Shown: positions 18,803-30,451, counted from the stretch's first letter. The stretch: DNA of 54,269 nucleotides from an uncultured Rickettsiales bacterium (GCA_944392625.1 CALXXG010000107.1:1-54269); one strand, 5' to 3'. The notes: a model not told the origin generated them from the sequence alone. Numbers and translations: made by a program.

Positions 18803-19523
18803 TCCATTAAAAATTATAGATTTAAAAAAACATTTTGGAGATCATATTGTTCTTGATGGCATAAATTTTGAACTTAAACAGAATGAAATATTTGGCTTAA
18901 TAGGTTTAAATGGTGCCGGCAAAACAACATTAATAAAAATTATTCTTGATCTCTTAAACGCTGATAACGGTAATATTGAAATTTCTGGCATATCTTCAAC
19001 ATTAACAAAAAGTAGAGAAAGACTTAGATATTTACCGGAAAAATTTCAAGCATCTTCAATGCTCAAAGGATTAGAATTTTTAAAAATATTTAATGGTTTT
19101 GATAAATCTTATAAACCAACCAATCAGGACTTAGAAAAAGAAATATTTAGACTTGCTGATTTATTATCTTTAAATAGGGACGCCTTAAATCTTCGTGTTT
19201 CAAAGTATTCTAAAGGTATGACTCAAAAATTAGGCTTAATATCAACATTTTTAGGTAATTCAAACCTTGTCATATTGGACGAACCAATGAGTGGTTTAGA
19301 TCCAAAAGCTAGAATATATTTAAAAAATTTACTTTTAGAAAGTAAAAAACAAAATAAAAGCGTGTTTTTTAGCTCACATATTTTATCGGATATTGATGAA
19401 ATATGTGATAGAATTGGCATTTTATGTGGTGGTAAAATATGTTTTATTGGTACTCCTGAAGAATTAAAACAAAAACACTCTGAAACATCACTTGAAAAAG
19501 CTTTCTTAAAAGAAATAATGTAA
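18792..19523 (+). CDS. ABC transporter ATP-binding protein
   Basis: Walker A GLNGAGKTT, signature YSKGMTQKLGL, Walker B LVILDEPMSGLD, H-loop SSHIL. Start taken at the ATG at 18792 (Met16 of the track ORF), overlapping the pssA end. Confidence 0.88.
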   Translation: MSNSPLKIIDLKKHFGDHIVLDGINFELKQNEIFGLIGLNGAGKTTLIKIILDLLNADNGNIEISGISSTLTKSRERLRYLPEKFQASSMLKGLEFLKIFNGFDKSYKPTNQDLEKEIFRLADLLSLNRDALNLRVSKYSKGMTQKLGLISTFLGNSNLVILDEPMSGLDPKARIYLKNLLLESKKQNKSVFFSSHILSDIDEICDRIGILCGGKICFIGTPEELKQKHSETSLEKAFLKEIM

Positions 19524-19530
19524 ATAAATT

Positions 19531-19557
19531 AAGGTTATTATATTTAATAATAACCTT
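19531..19557 (+). terminator. stem-loop after the ABC ATPase gene
   Basis: aaggttatta-tatttaa-taataacctt, a 10-bp stem followed by tgtttc. Confidence 0.5.
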
Positions 19558-19558
19558 T

Positions 19559-19572
19559 GTTTCATGTGAAAC
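19559..19572. promoter_or_regulatory. palindrome GTTTCA-N2-TGAAAC (copy 1 of 2)
   Basis: gtttcatgtgaaac. A near-identical palindrome gtttcatatgaaac lies at 37837-37850. Both sit just downstream of a plus-strand transporter gene. Confidence 0.25.
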
Positions 19573-19616
19573 TTTATATATAAATATTAAAATTATTATT
19601 TAAATAATAATTAGAA

Positions 19617-20798
19617 GTGGATTATTGCTATATGGACTATAAAACTCAAATCTTTAATATTAATAGCTCAACAGTTATAAAAAATATTACAAAAGATAGT
19701 ATTAATTATATATTGTATAATATTTTTAATGAGACAAATTTTAATTTTATTGTTAAAATAGTTGATGACAACTTTGATTTAGAGTTAACAAAAAAAGAAA
19801 TAAATTTCTATGATAAAGAAATACAAATAATAAATTTTCCAGAGTGGAATACTATTCCATATGATGTTAATTCACCGCAGCTAAAAATACAATCTGATAG
19901 AGTTGAGGCTATTTATAAATTATTAAACTATCAGAATATTTTTAAAAATAAAAAAGTTTTATTGTTAATTTCAAAAAACGCTTTAGTGCAAAAGGTAATA
20001 AACAGAAATGACTTTACCTACATAAACTTGTCAAAAAATCAAAATATCTCATTGGAAGAATTAAAAAATTTATTAGAAAACAATTGCTATAATAATAAAG
20101 AAACAGCCATAAGTTTAGGTGACTATAGTATAAATAATGAAGTCGCTGATTTAATAACTTTCGATAATAAATCTTATAGAATAATATTAAAAAATAACAA
20201 AATAGAAACAATAAAATCATTTAATCCAGAAACACAAATAAGTTTTGGATCACATAATAAAATTTTTGTATTGTCTATAAGAGAAGTTCTATTTAATAAA
20301 AATAATATACAAAACTTCAAACAAAACTATAGAAATTTATTTGGTACTCCAACAGATAATGATTTTTTATATCAAAATATATCAAACGGTATAATTTATA
20401 ATGGATTTGAAAATTGGCTACCTTTATTTTATAATAATAATCTTGAATCTATTTTGAGTTATTTGCCAAAAAATTCTCTAATAACTTACAAATCAAATGT
20501 AAAAGAAGAAATTAATAAATATATTGATCAAATAAATAAGTATTATAATTTAAGACTATTAGATTTAGATCACAAAGAAAATAAAGAAATATATAATCCT
20601 ATAAAACCCAATTTATTATACTTAAATAAAGACTTTATAAAATCAATAAATGACAATTATATAAATATAATTTTTGATGTAAAAAATGTTTTAAAAAATG
20701 AAAGAGAGCTAAATCTTGAAATAAAAAATGTCCCCAATTTTTATAGAGATTCAAAAGAGGTATTTAAGAGTGTTAGCGAATTTTTATCAAAAGGATAA
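19617..20798 (+). pseudogene. mfd: transcription-repair coupling factor Mfd, N-terminal fragment only
   Basis: FPEWNTIPYDVNSPQLKIQSDRVEAIYKLL aligns by eye with E. coli Mfd ADWETLPYDSFSPHQDIISSRLSTLYQL. GFENWLPLFYNNNLESILSYLP aligns with GIEYWQPLFFSEPLPPLFSYFP. The ORF stops after 393 aa, before the RNAP-interaction and translocase domains (full Mfd is about 1150 aa). Confidence 0.75.
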
Positions 20799-20799
20799 A

Positions 20800-21042
20800 T
20801 TATTCTTTATCATTATTATCCATTGGCGTTATTATGAGCTCAGAAGATTGAATAATATTAGTAGTTTTTTTAGTTGTTATTTCATATTCAACCTTTTTTA
20901 ATTTTACTTTTAAAATATGTTCTATAGTATTAACAAAACTTAATAATTTATCAGGATTTTCATCATTAATTGAATTTTTTAATTGTATAGCTCTTTTTGT
21001 TAAACTAGATCTTTCTTCCTGTATTATAGTTTCTTTTGTCAT
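20800..21042 (-). CDS. hypothetical small protein
   Basis: 80-aa charged, non-hydrophobic ORF, the only sizeable ORF in a 440-bp gap. No motif recognised. Confidence 0.3.
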   Translation of the reverse strand: MTKETIIQEERSSLTKRAIQLKNSINDENPDKLLSFVNTIEHILKVKLKKVEYEITTKKTTNIIQSSELIITPMDNNDKE

Positions 21043-21250
21043 AACTAATTATTTTTCAATTTCTATTAAAAAAAATTATATTTATTATCAACAAAAAGTC
21101 AATATTTTTGTATTTAAAAAAAATATGTTTAAAGACACAAAATAAATCTTAAAATTTTCTTGAATAAATACAATGAATATTATAATTTTATTATAAATAT
21201 TGGTAAGAATAATGCTAATATTATAATTAAAAAGTTTGGATGGGATAGAT

Positions 21251-22336
21251 ATGATAGAAAAAAATAAAAAATTTAAAATTTTTTTAGCAACAGGCGGATC
21301 TGGAGGACATATTTTTCCAGCAATAGCAGTTGCAGAAAAATTGACTAGCAACAATAGTAATATTTGTATAATTGCTGATAAAATTTATGAGAAATATTCT
21401 TCATGCAATTTAAATTATAGAATAATAGATGCTGGTAAAACGATTAAATCTTTTTCAAATTTAAAAAATATTTTAAAAGGATTTTTGCAGGCAAAAAAAT
21501 TAATAAAACAAGAAAAACCGGATTTAGTTATAGGTTTTGGTAGTTATGCAACTCTTCCAACATTAATGGCTTGTTTATGGTACAAAGTTCCATTTATTCT
21601 TCATGAACAAAATGCTTATATAGGAAAAATAAATAAAATATTTGGAAAATATGCTAAAAAAATTATGACTACATATTATGAACTATATGGAGTCAAATTT
21701 GATGATATGAATAAAATCGTGTATACTGGAAGTCCAGTTAGAGAAAATATTAAAAAATTATATAAAAATGAATATAAATACCCAGAAAATAATGAAAAAT
21801 TTATAGTTTTAATAACTGGAGGAAGTGGTGGAGCAAAAATATTTAGTGAGTACTTACCTAAAATATTTGATGAAAAGCATAAACTTGAACAAAAAAATTT
21901 AAAAATATATCATCAAGTAAGGGAAGAATTTGTTGATAATGTTAGAGAATATTATAAAAAAATAAATCTTGATGCAACAGTAAAACCATTTTTTAACAAC
22001 ATGGACGAGCTGTTATCAAAGGCACACTTAGTAATTGGTAGAGCTGGTAGTGGAACATTATGTGAAACAGCAATAGCTGGTAAACCAAGCATTTTAATAC
22101 CGTTAACTAATAGAGGAAATAATAGGCAAGAAGTTAATGCTCAAAGTTTTGAAAAAAATAATGCTGGTATAATGGTTTTGGAAAAGGACTTTAATATAAA
22201 AGATTTTCAAGTAATGTTTTTTGATCTAATAAAGAATAAGCAAAAACTTGAAGAAATGTCAAAAAATGTTAAAAAACTTGCTGTCCCTAATGCTGATGAA
22301 AATATTTTAAAAATAATATATAATATTATACAATAA
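21251..22336 (+). CDS. murG: undecaprenyldiphospho-muramoylpentapeptide beta-N-acetylglucosaminyltransferase
   Basis: N-terminal ATGGSGGHIFPAIAVAEKL and C-terminal GRAGSGTLCETAIAGKPSILIP. Start taken at the ATG at 21251 (the track ORF begins at a TTG at 21236). Confidence 0.9.
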   Translation: MIEKNKKFKIFLATGGSGGHIFPAIAVAEKLTSNNSNICIIADKIYEKYSSCNLNYRIIDAGKTIKSFSNLKNILKGFLQAKKLIKQEKPDLVIGFGSYATLPTLMACLWYKVPFILHEQNAYIGKINKIFGKYAKKIMTTYYELYGVKFDDMNKIVYTGSPVRENIKKLYKNEYKYPENNEKFIVLITGGSGGAKIFSEYLPKIFDEKHKLEQKNLKIYHQVREEFVDNVREYYKKINLDATVKPFFNNMDELLSKAHLVIGRAGSGTLCETAIAGKPSILIPLTNRGNNRQEVNAQSFEKNNAGIMVLEKDFNIKDFQVMFFDLIKNKQKLEEMSKNVKKLAVPNADENILKIIYNIIQ

Positions 22337-22348
22337 AATTAAAATAAT

Positions 22349-25183
22349 ATGAAAAAAGAAAATAAGGATCCTTCTAATGAAATTAAACTTGATACAGGAA
22401 TCGGTATTTTTAAAAAAATATCTATTTCTATTTCGGTTATAGCATTAATTATATTATTTGGCTTACTTTCATTGCAGGCTATTATAAAACTTGATAAATA
22501 TAAAGAAACAATAAATAGCGAAATAGCAAGTTTAATGCAAACTGAACCAAATTCCAATATAGTTCCATCGGCATCAATTAACGGAAATATTTCATTTAAA
22601 TCATTCTTAGTACCGCATATAACTATAGATAATATAATTGGCAAAGATTTAAATGGACAAAATTATTTATTAAACTTTGATATACAAAAATTACGACTGT
22701 TTCTTTCACCAAAAGATTTAATAGCAAAAAAATTTATAATTACAAAAATTGAAATAATAAATGGTAATTTTAACTTTCAAGAATTTAATGAGTCGCAAAT
22801 AAACATAATAAAAAATATAATAGATAAACATTATGGAAAATTTATAAACAAAGATAGAAATATAGTAATAATTTTAAAAAATAATAGCATAAAAATAAAT
22901 GGAACAGATTATACTAGAGACTTTTCGCAAATAAATTTAACAGGAACATATAATAAAAATAAGCTATTGCTAAATGGTTCTACTCTATCAAATAAGCAAT
23001 CACTAAATATTGATATTTCTACAACTAAAAAACAAGAAAATTTTATTAATAAAATTTATTTAAATTCTCAAGCATTTAGAATCAATATGGATTTCAACTT
23101 TGATAGTTCTAATAAAAAAGCCTCTGGAAAAGCAACATTTAATATAATAAATCCGCAAATATTTGCCAGAACAATATTTAGTCCACAAAGTGTATTATTT
23201 AAAAGGATCATAGACAATTCAAATTTAGATATAGTATCAGAATTTAATTTTGAAAATAATATATTAAATATTTCTAAATTTAATATGAAAGGCAAAAATG
23301 TAATAGGAGATGCAACTGCTAAATTTGACTTTAATGATAATTCACAAAGCGATATTAAAATAAATATGGCATCTATAAATTTAGATAATTTATTTATCAA
23401 AAATATGTCTGGTAATATTGACAAAGAAATAAATGAAAGAAATATATCTATATTTTCAGGAGTTCAAAGACAAATAATTAAACAAAATAGAAATATTAGT
23501 TTTATTGAAAAAATTTTGGAAAAAAATCCAATAAACTTTGATATAAATATAAAAAAGTTAAAATTAAATCAAAGAGATGTTTCGAATACAATTATACAAT
23601 TTATATACTCAACAAAGGCTGAAAAAACGTTTGATTTTAAAAAAGTATCAAGCGAACTACCTGGAAAAACAAAGGTTTTAATTGAAGAAAATAATGAGAA
23701 TGACTTTCTTCAAATAAACGGTGAAAATCTACAAGAATTCTTTAATTTCATAAGAAATATTAATATTGAAAACAATAAATCAAATCAACAAGAAACAAAA
23801 GAAGAAAATTTTAAATTTAGTGGCAATATACAAATTAAAAATAATATGTTATTTATAAATAATGCATCATACGAAAGCCCAAAAATAACGACAAAAAATA
23901 AACTAGAAATTAAATTTGATTCTGGTATTTCTTATTTAGCTGTTGATACTATTATTGATAATTTAAACTTAGATAATTTTATAACTGACAATAGCAATAC
24001 TTCTACCCAAAATGTTTCCTATATAAAATCTTTTAAGACTCAAATGTTGTCTTTAAATAATTTTACATTAAATTCATATTTTAAATTTAAAATAAATAAT
24101 ATAAAGTATAAAGATTTTATAGATGACAACTATCAATTTATAATAAAAACATCGCAAGGACTTTTAGATATATATAATATAAATATAAACAACAAAATTA
24201 CTGGAAATATATCATTCAATATATCTGCATCAAAACCATTTATAAACGTCAATCTAAATCTATCTAATATTAGTTTAAATAAAAATATAGATATAAATAA
24301 AATACTGTTTAATTTACCAATGTTTGATGGAATTTTTGGCAGTATAAATATATTGGCTAATAACCTAGACTTTAAAAATTCTAAAATAGAAAATATTAAT
24401 TTTATGTCAAATATTAATAATGGTGCAATAAATATAAACCAATTTGATATAAAAGGATTTGGCGGACAATGTAAAATAAGTGGATTTTTAAATTTATTGT
24501 ATACTAAAAAATTAAATTTAACATTTAATGGATGTACAGCTAAAATTTCAGATATTTTGTATCCATTTTCTGGTTTAAAAAATATAAATGGTTTAATCGG
24601 ATTTAGTTCTGTACTATATGCAGAAGGTTTTAATTTAGAAAATTTTATAAATAGCTATTTGTTAAAAGCTAATATAATAGGCAGTGGAATAGTCATTGAC
24701 AATTTTGGATTGCAAACATTAAGCTCTAACCTATTTGAGATACATTCTAATACAGAATTATTAAATAGGTTAAATGCAGAAGATACATTATATAATTCTA
24801 ATGAGAAAACTTTTTTTGAACAAATAACAAAAGGAAATATACAATATTCTAAAAAAAGTGGTGGGCGGTTTGATTTTGATATTACAAGGCCATTAATAAA
24901 TGGAAAACTAACTGGTAATTTTAAGTTATTTTCCAACTATGTTGAATTAGACAAAGTGAATGCAAACTTTACATTATTAAGCGGTACATTACAAACAACA
25001 ATACCATTAACAATATTAATTGCAATGTCCGGTATAACTCCAAATAATATAGCAGTTGCATCAAATTTAAATCAAATAAATTCATATATACAATCAGTAA
25101 AAGAACAATATAAAGTTGCTACACAAAACAGCAATAATTTAAATAATACAGAACAATCTATACAAATAAATACAAATAATTAA
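22349..25183 (+). CDS. AsmA-family outer-membrane biogenesis protein (Asn-rich)
   Basis: 944 aa with a single N-terminal TM (ISISISVIALIILFGLLSLQAII), then a long beta-rich Asn/Ile/Lys repeat-like body, which is the AsmA-like architecture. The family call rests on architecture, not on a sharp motif. Confidence 0.5.
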   Translation: MKKENKDPSNEIKLDTGIGIFKKISISISVIALIILFGLLSLQAIIKLDKYKETINSEIASLMQTEPNSNIVPSASINGNISFKSFLVPHITIDNIIGKDLNGQNYLLNFDIQKLRLFLSPKDLIAKKFIITKIEIINGNFNFQEFNESQINIIKNIIDKHYGKFINKDRNIVIILKNNSIKINGTDYTRDFSQINLTGTYNKNKLLLNGSTLSNKQSLNIDISTTKKQENFINKIYLNSQAFRINMDFNFDSSNKKASGKATFNIINPQIFARTIFSPQSVLFKRIIDNSNLDIVSEFNFENNILNISKFNMKGKNVIGDATAKFDFNDNSQSDIKINMASINLDNLFIKNMSGNIDKEINERNISIFSGVQRQIIKQNRNISFIEKILEKNPINFDINIKKLKLNQRDVSNTIIQFIYSTKAEKTFDFKKVSSELPGKTKVLIEENNENDFLQINGENLQEFFNFIRNINIENNKSNQQETKEENFKFSGNIQIKNNMLFINNASYESPKITTKNKLEIKFDSGISYLAVDTIIDNLNLDNFITDNSNTSTQNVSYIKSFKTQMLSLNNFTLNSYFKFKINNIKYKDFIDDNYQFIIKTSQGLLDIYNININNKITGNISFNISASKPFINVNLNLSNISLNKNIDINKILFNLPMFDGIFGSINILANNLDFKNSKIENINFMSNINNGAININQFDIKGFGGQCKISGFLNLLYTKKLNLTFNGCTAKISDILYPFSGLKNINGLIGFSSVLYAEGFNLENFINSYLLKANIIGSGIVIDNFGLQTLSSNLFEIHSNTELLNRLNAEDTLYNSNEKTFFEQITKGNIQYSKKSGGRFDFDITRPLINGKLTGNFKLFSNYVELDKVNANFTLLSGTLQTTIPLTILIAMSGITPNNIAVASNLNQINSYIQSVKEQYKVATQNSNNLNNTEQSIQINTNN

Positions 25184-25185
25184 TT

Positions 25186-25230
25186 TATATAAATAATTTA
25201 TAGTATTAAATACTGTAAATTATTTATATA
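25186..25230 (+). terminator. long AT-rich inverted repeat after the AsmA-like gene
   Basis: tatataaataatttatagtatt / aatactgtaaattatttatata, 22-nt arms with one mismatch and 1 nt between them. Confidence 0.35.
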
Positions 25231-25644
25231 TACATTAAAAACCAAGTTGTAAATTATAAATTTATTTCGTATTTGTAATATTATTATCTATGTAAATATT
25301 TAATAGAAATAAATATTTATAAAGATATTTGATATAATTAACTATTCTTTTTAAACTAATAAAACCAAATTTTAATTCAGTTAATTTTTTATTTTTTAAG
25401 TCAATTATATAATTATACATTATTTGAGATAAAGTATTTTTTATATATTTATTATCATCAAACCTCCAGCTCAATTTGATTTTCTCAAATCTCAATAAAA
25501 GTGTCTTGCTTGAATTACTTTGCATATTAATAAGATTTGTTAATGATAATATTATACCATAATTTTTAATAATTATCAACAAAAAAATATTTGAATTTTT
25601 TATTTTTTTATTTATATTTTATAAAAAATATAAAATATTTTATA

Positions 25645-26037
25645 ATGAAAACTACAAAAAAAGGTATTATTAGAATACTTAATGCTTTTAAGTATTCCTA
25701 TGATGGATTTATTGCCACCTTTAAGTCAGAAGAGGCCTTTAGGCAAGATATTCTTGTATTTATAATATTAGCCCCAATAGCTATTTTGCTTCCGATAACA
25801 GTAATTGAAAAACTAATTTTATTAAGTTCATTATTTTTAGTTATAATAGCAGAACTAACTAATACAGCTATTGAAATGACAATAGATAGAATATCGGACG
25901 AAATTCACCCTCTTTCAAAAATTGCAAAAGATATTGGAAGCTGTATTGTATTAGTATCATTTATATATCTAATTACTGTTTGGGGAACTATATTATATAC
26001 AAACTATAATGATATTGTTTTGTTTTTAACAAAATAA
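25645..26037 (+). CDS. dgkA: diacylglycerol kinase
   Basis: AFKYSYDGFIATFKSEEAFRQD and ELTNTAIEMTIDRISDEIHPLSKIAKDIGS match the DgkA consensus (E.NTAIE..VD, KD.GSAAV). Start at the ATG at 25645 (Met19 of the track ORF). Confidence 0.85.
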   Translation: MKTTKKGIIRILNAFKYSYDGFIATFKSEEAFRQDILVFIILAPIAILLPITVIEKLILLSSLFLVIIAELTNTAIEMTIDRISDEIHPLSKIAKDIGSCIVLVSFIYLITVWGTILYTNYNDIVLFLTK

Positions 26038-26050
26038 AAATCATAAATAA

Positions 26051-26078
26051 AATAGTATTAGAACCATATAATACTATT
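26051..26078 (+). terminator. rho-independent terminator after dgkA
   Basis: aatagtatta-gaaccata-taatactatt followed by a T-run (tttttt). Confidence 0.6.
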
Positions 26079-26197
26079 TTTTAATTTGTCTAATAATAAT
26101 TGCTATTTGTTATATTTAAATATAAATTTTTCAGTTTAATGAAATTTAATATTTAAAATTTTGAACTGTTTTTGTAAGTTTTTTGAACTATTTTTGA

Positions 26198-27384
<1,187 letters not shown>

Positions 27385-27392
27385 AGGCCCTT

Positions 27393-28061
27393 ATGAAAAG
27401 AAGAGAATTTATAAAAAATAGTGCGATGGCAATGGCTGGTGTCGTTGGTGGAAGTATTTTTAAAAAGACTGTGTTTGCAGCAAATTCTAATGATAATATA
27501 AATAAAATAAAAAATGGGAGTAAAAAAATGAAAATATTAGTTTTGACTGGAAGTCCACGTAAAAATGGCAATTCAAATACCTTGGCTGAGTATTTTATTA
27601 AGGGAGCAGTAGAGTCTGGACACGAAGTTGTAAGGTTTGACTCCGCTTTTAAAAATGTTCATCCATGTATTGCCTGCAATAGTTGCGGTATGAATGGAGA
27701 ATGCGTTTTTCAAGATGATTTTAATGAGGTGATAGACAATATAGTTGATGCGGATATAGTTGTATTTGCTACACCAATGTATTATTTTGGATTTTCAACG
27801 CAGCTTAAAACGGTTATAGATCGTTTTTATTCAATTAATGGGAAAATTCATGTTTCTAAAAAATCTGTACTACTGATGACCTATGCAAATACAGCTTCAT
27901 CAGAGGCGGAACCTATAAAAAAACATTATGAAGTTTTGTTGAATTATCTTGGTTGGAGTGATGTTGGACAGATTATAGCCCCTGGCATGTGGCCTGCTGG
28001 TGCTATTAATGGCACAAAATATACAACTCAGGCCTACGAATTAGGCAAATCATTAGTGTAG
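27393..28061 (+). CDS. flavodoxin-like NAD(P)H-dependent FMN reductase / iron-sulfur flavoprotein-like, with Tat signal
   Basis: N-terminal MKRREFIKNSAMAMAGVVGG...VFA, then MKILVLTGSPRKNGNSNTLAEYF (flavodoxin_2/FMN_red P-loop-like), the Cys cluster HPCIACNSCGMNGEC, and FATPMYYFGFSTQLKTVIDR. Confidence 0.8.
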   Translation: MKRREFIKNSAMAMAGVVGGSIFKKTVFAANSNDNINKIKNGSKKMKILVLTGSPRKNGNSNTLAEYFIKGAVESGHEVVRFDSAFKNVHPCIACNSCGMNGECVFQDDFNEVIDNIVDADIVVFATPMYYFGFSTQLKTVIDRFYSINGKIHVSKKSVLLMTYANTASSEAEPIKKHYEVLLNYLGWSDVGQIIAPGMWPAGAINGTKYTTQAYELGKSLV

Positions 28062-28094
28062 TTATTATTTTATAAATAAATTATTGGTATTGCT

Positions 28095-29060
28095 ATGAAA
28101 AGAAGAGATTTTTTAAAGTTTTCAATTGGTGCTGCAGCCGTTGGATTAATTGGCAAAAATTTTAATATTAGCGATTCTTTTGCAGCTGCAAAAACAAATG
28201 ACAATGTAAAAGAAAAAGCAAAAGTTTATTTTATTAGAGATATTACGCCGGAAAATTTAGTAAAAATTTATGGTAAAGTTAATCAAAATATAAAGGGCAA
28301 AACTGCCATTAAACTGCATACAGGCGAACCGCATGGACCTAATATACTTCCACGCAATTTAGCCGAAGCATTACAAAAACAGATACCAAACAGCACTATA
28401 GTTGAGTGCAACGTCGCCTATTCAAGTCCGAGACAAAATACAGAAACCCATAGAGAAGTTTTAAAGACTAACGGCTGGACTTTTTGTCCTGTTGATATTA
28501 TGGATGCTGATGGAGATGTTAATCTTCCAATAAAAGATGGAAAACATCTAAAAGAAGTGGCTGTTGGAAAAAATATAAAGAACTATGATTCAATGGTTGT
28601 TTATACTCATTTTAAAGGACATGCTATGGGCGGTTTTGGTGGATCGCTAAAAAATATTTCAATAGGCTGCGCTTCTGGAAAAGTTGGCAAAATTCAATTG
28701 CATGGAAAAGGATTTCCAACGGGAAAACAGTTTTTAGAAAGAATGGTTGAAGGCGGAAAAGCTATTTGCGATAATTTCGGAAATCAAATTACCTATATTA
28801 ATGTATTAAAAAATATTTCTGTTGATTGCGATTGTGATGCACATGGAGCGAAACCAACATGTCCAGATATTGGCATTCTTGCCTCAACTGATATTTTAGC
28901 TATAGACCAAGCATCCATTGATTTAGTTTATAGTTTGCCAGAAAAAGATAAACATGATATAGTTGAAAGAATTGAATCAAGGGAAGGGTTGCATCAACTA
29001 GAATACATGGACGAATTGAAGATGGGCAATAGAAATTATGAATTAATAGAGATTTCTTAA
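28095..29060 (+). CDS. DUF362 domain protein with Tat signal
   Basis: N-terminal MKRRDFLKFSIGAAAVGLIG...SFA. IKLHTGEPHGPN and THFKGHAMGGFGGSLKNISIGCASGKVGK match my recollection of the DUF362 core (HFKGH...GFGGA.KN...G). There is also a Cys-rich SVDCDCDAHG. Confidence 0.7.
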   Translation: MKRRDFLKFSIGAAAVGLIGKNFNISDSFAAAKTNDNVKEKAKVYFIRDITPENLVKIYGKVNQNIKGKTAIKLHTGEPHGPNILPRNLAEALQKQIPNSTIVECNVAYSSPRQNTETHREVLKTNGWTFCPVDIMDADGDVNLPIKDGKHLKEVAVGKNIKNYDSMVVYTHFKGHAMGGFGGSLKNISIGCASGKVGKIQLHGKGFPTGKQFLERMVEGGKAICDNFGNQITYINVLKNISVDCDCDAHGAKPTCPDIGILASTDILAIDQASIDLVYSLPEKDKHDIVERIESREGLHQLEYMDELKMGNRNYELIEIS

Positions 29061-29068
29061 TAAGATAT

Positions 29069-29101
29069 ATAATACAATTAACACAAATTTAATTGTATTA
29101 T
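29069..29101. terminator. bidirectional stem-loop between convergent genes
   Basis: ataatacaattaa-cacaaat-ttaattgtattat, a 13-bp perfect stem. Confidence 0.45.
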
Positions 29102-29130
29102 ATTAACCATTTTAGTGAGAAAATTATATT

Positions 29131-29736
29131 CTAGTTTTTCCTCTGTGTAATTGAGGCCTCTTCAATGTATAGTGGTGTAATTTCTTGAGTAAAAATATTG
29201 TTTTTTGCCTTATAATTAATTAAATTGCCCCATTTTTCATTTGAAAATTCTGATAAAGTTATATTTTTGCCAAATAGCATTTTATCATTTGTTAAAAATC
29301 TTGCATCTTTGTTGTCGTTTAAAAATCTTTCAATATCATTTTTGTAAATTACAAAATAATTGCTATTATTGTCTTTAATATAATATTTAACTGTTGACAT
29401 ATCTAAAATTATAAAATCATAATTGTTAAAGCCATGAGATATAATTTCAAAAACATCTGTTGTTATTATTTTTTTATTAGTGGAAATTTCTAATGCTTTT
29501 AAAACAGCTAAACTTGTTTTAATACCTGTAAAATTTCCAGGTCCTGTAATTGAAGAAAATATATCTATATCATTATATTTTAAACCACTTTCTATAAGTG
29601 TTTTTTCAATTGATGAAATCAAAATTTCAGACTGTTTTTTGCTTTCAAATTGTTTAGTTATAAGTATATTATTATCGTTCTGTAAAATTAAATTTACACC
29701 AACAAAAATTGTATTGAAAGATAAAATTTTTTGCAT
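29131..29736 (-). CDS. tsaB: tRNA threonylcarbamoyladenosine biosynthesis protein TsaB
   Basis: 201 aa. ITGPGNFTGIKTSLAVLKAL matches the TsaB GPGSFTG(L/I)R motif. The size and N-terminal ASKHA-like fold pattern fit. Confidence 0.7.
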   Translation of the reverse strand: MQKILSFNTIFVGVNLILQNDNNILITKQFESKKQSEILISSIEKTLIESGLKYNDIDIFSSITGPGNFTGIKTSLAVLKALEISTNKKIITTDVFEIISHGFNNYDFIILDMSTVKYYIKDNNSNYFVIYKNDIERFLNDNKDARFLTNDKMLFGKNITLSEFSNEKWGNLINYKAKNNIFTQEITPLYIEEASITQRKN

Positions 29737-29835
29737 TATTTACTTGAAAATTATAATACCAATATTATAATCCTTAAGGTATTATATGTTTTATAATTAT
29801 TCAAGTTAATTTTTATTAAAAAATATTTTTAAAAA

Positions 29836-30399
29836 ATGGAAGAAAGAATACACCCAGCAAATAGAAAAACTATAATATTAATAGGTATGATGGGAGCTGG
29901 AAAAACAACAACTGGCTTTTCTCTTGCACAAAGATTAAATATAAAATTTATAGATTCTGATAGGGAAATAGAGAAAGCTGAAGGAATGAGTATTGTAGAT
30001 ATTTTTAATACTAAAGGTGAGGAATATTTTAAGAAAATAGAGAGAAAAACCATTGCAAAAATTTTAAACAACCATCAACCACAAGTATTGTCAATTGGCG
30101 GCAGCGCATTTGATGATAAAGATATTAGAGAATTAATTAAAGAAAAAGCAATTTCTGTATTTTTGGAAGTTGAATTTGACACACTACTTGAAAGGGTTAA
30201 AAGAAAAAATACAAGACCTATATTAGAACAGGGCAACAAGGAAGAAATTTTAAAGGAAATTTATGATAAAAAAATGCCTATTTATAGAGAGGCTGATATT
30301 ACAATTAATACAACATATCTAAACAGAGATACCGCAATTAATGTTATTATGGGCTCAATAGCTCAATATATTAGAGACTTTGATAAAGAGGAAGAATAA
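29836..30399 (+). CDS. aroK: shikimate kinase
   Basis: Walker A GMMGAGKTTTG, FIDSDREIE, GEEYFKKIERKTI, SIGGSAF. Confidence 0.9.
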   Translation: MEERIHPANRKTIILIGMMGAGKTTTGFSLAQRLNIKFIDSDREIEKAEGMSIVDIFNTKGEEYFKKIERKTIAKILNNHQPQVLSIGGSAFDDKDIRELIKEKAISVFLEVEFDTLLERVKRKNTRPILEQGNKEEILKEIYDKKMPIYREADITINTTYLNRDTAINVIMGSIAQYIRDFDKEEE

Positions 30400-30417
30400 A
30401 TTTTATTAGATTTTATT

Positions 30418-30451
30418 AAAAAATTATTGTACAAAAGTACAATAATTTTTT
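30418..30451. terminator. bidirectional stem-loop between convergent genes
   Basis: aaaaaattattgtac-aaaa-gtacaataatttttt, a stem of up to 15 bp with A/T-run flanks. Confidence 0.55.

Noticed and set aside
25262-25582. 106-aa minus-strand ORF in the spacer between the AsmA-like gene and dgkA.
   Set aside because: Its Ile/Asn/Lys/Tyr-rich composition is what AT-rich non-coding DNA yields. It has no motif, no convincing RBS and no partner context. It is left unannotated.
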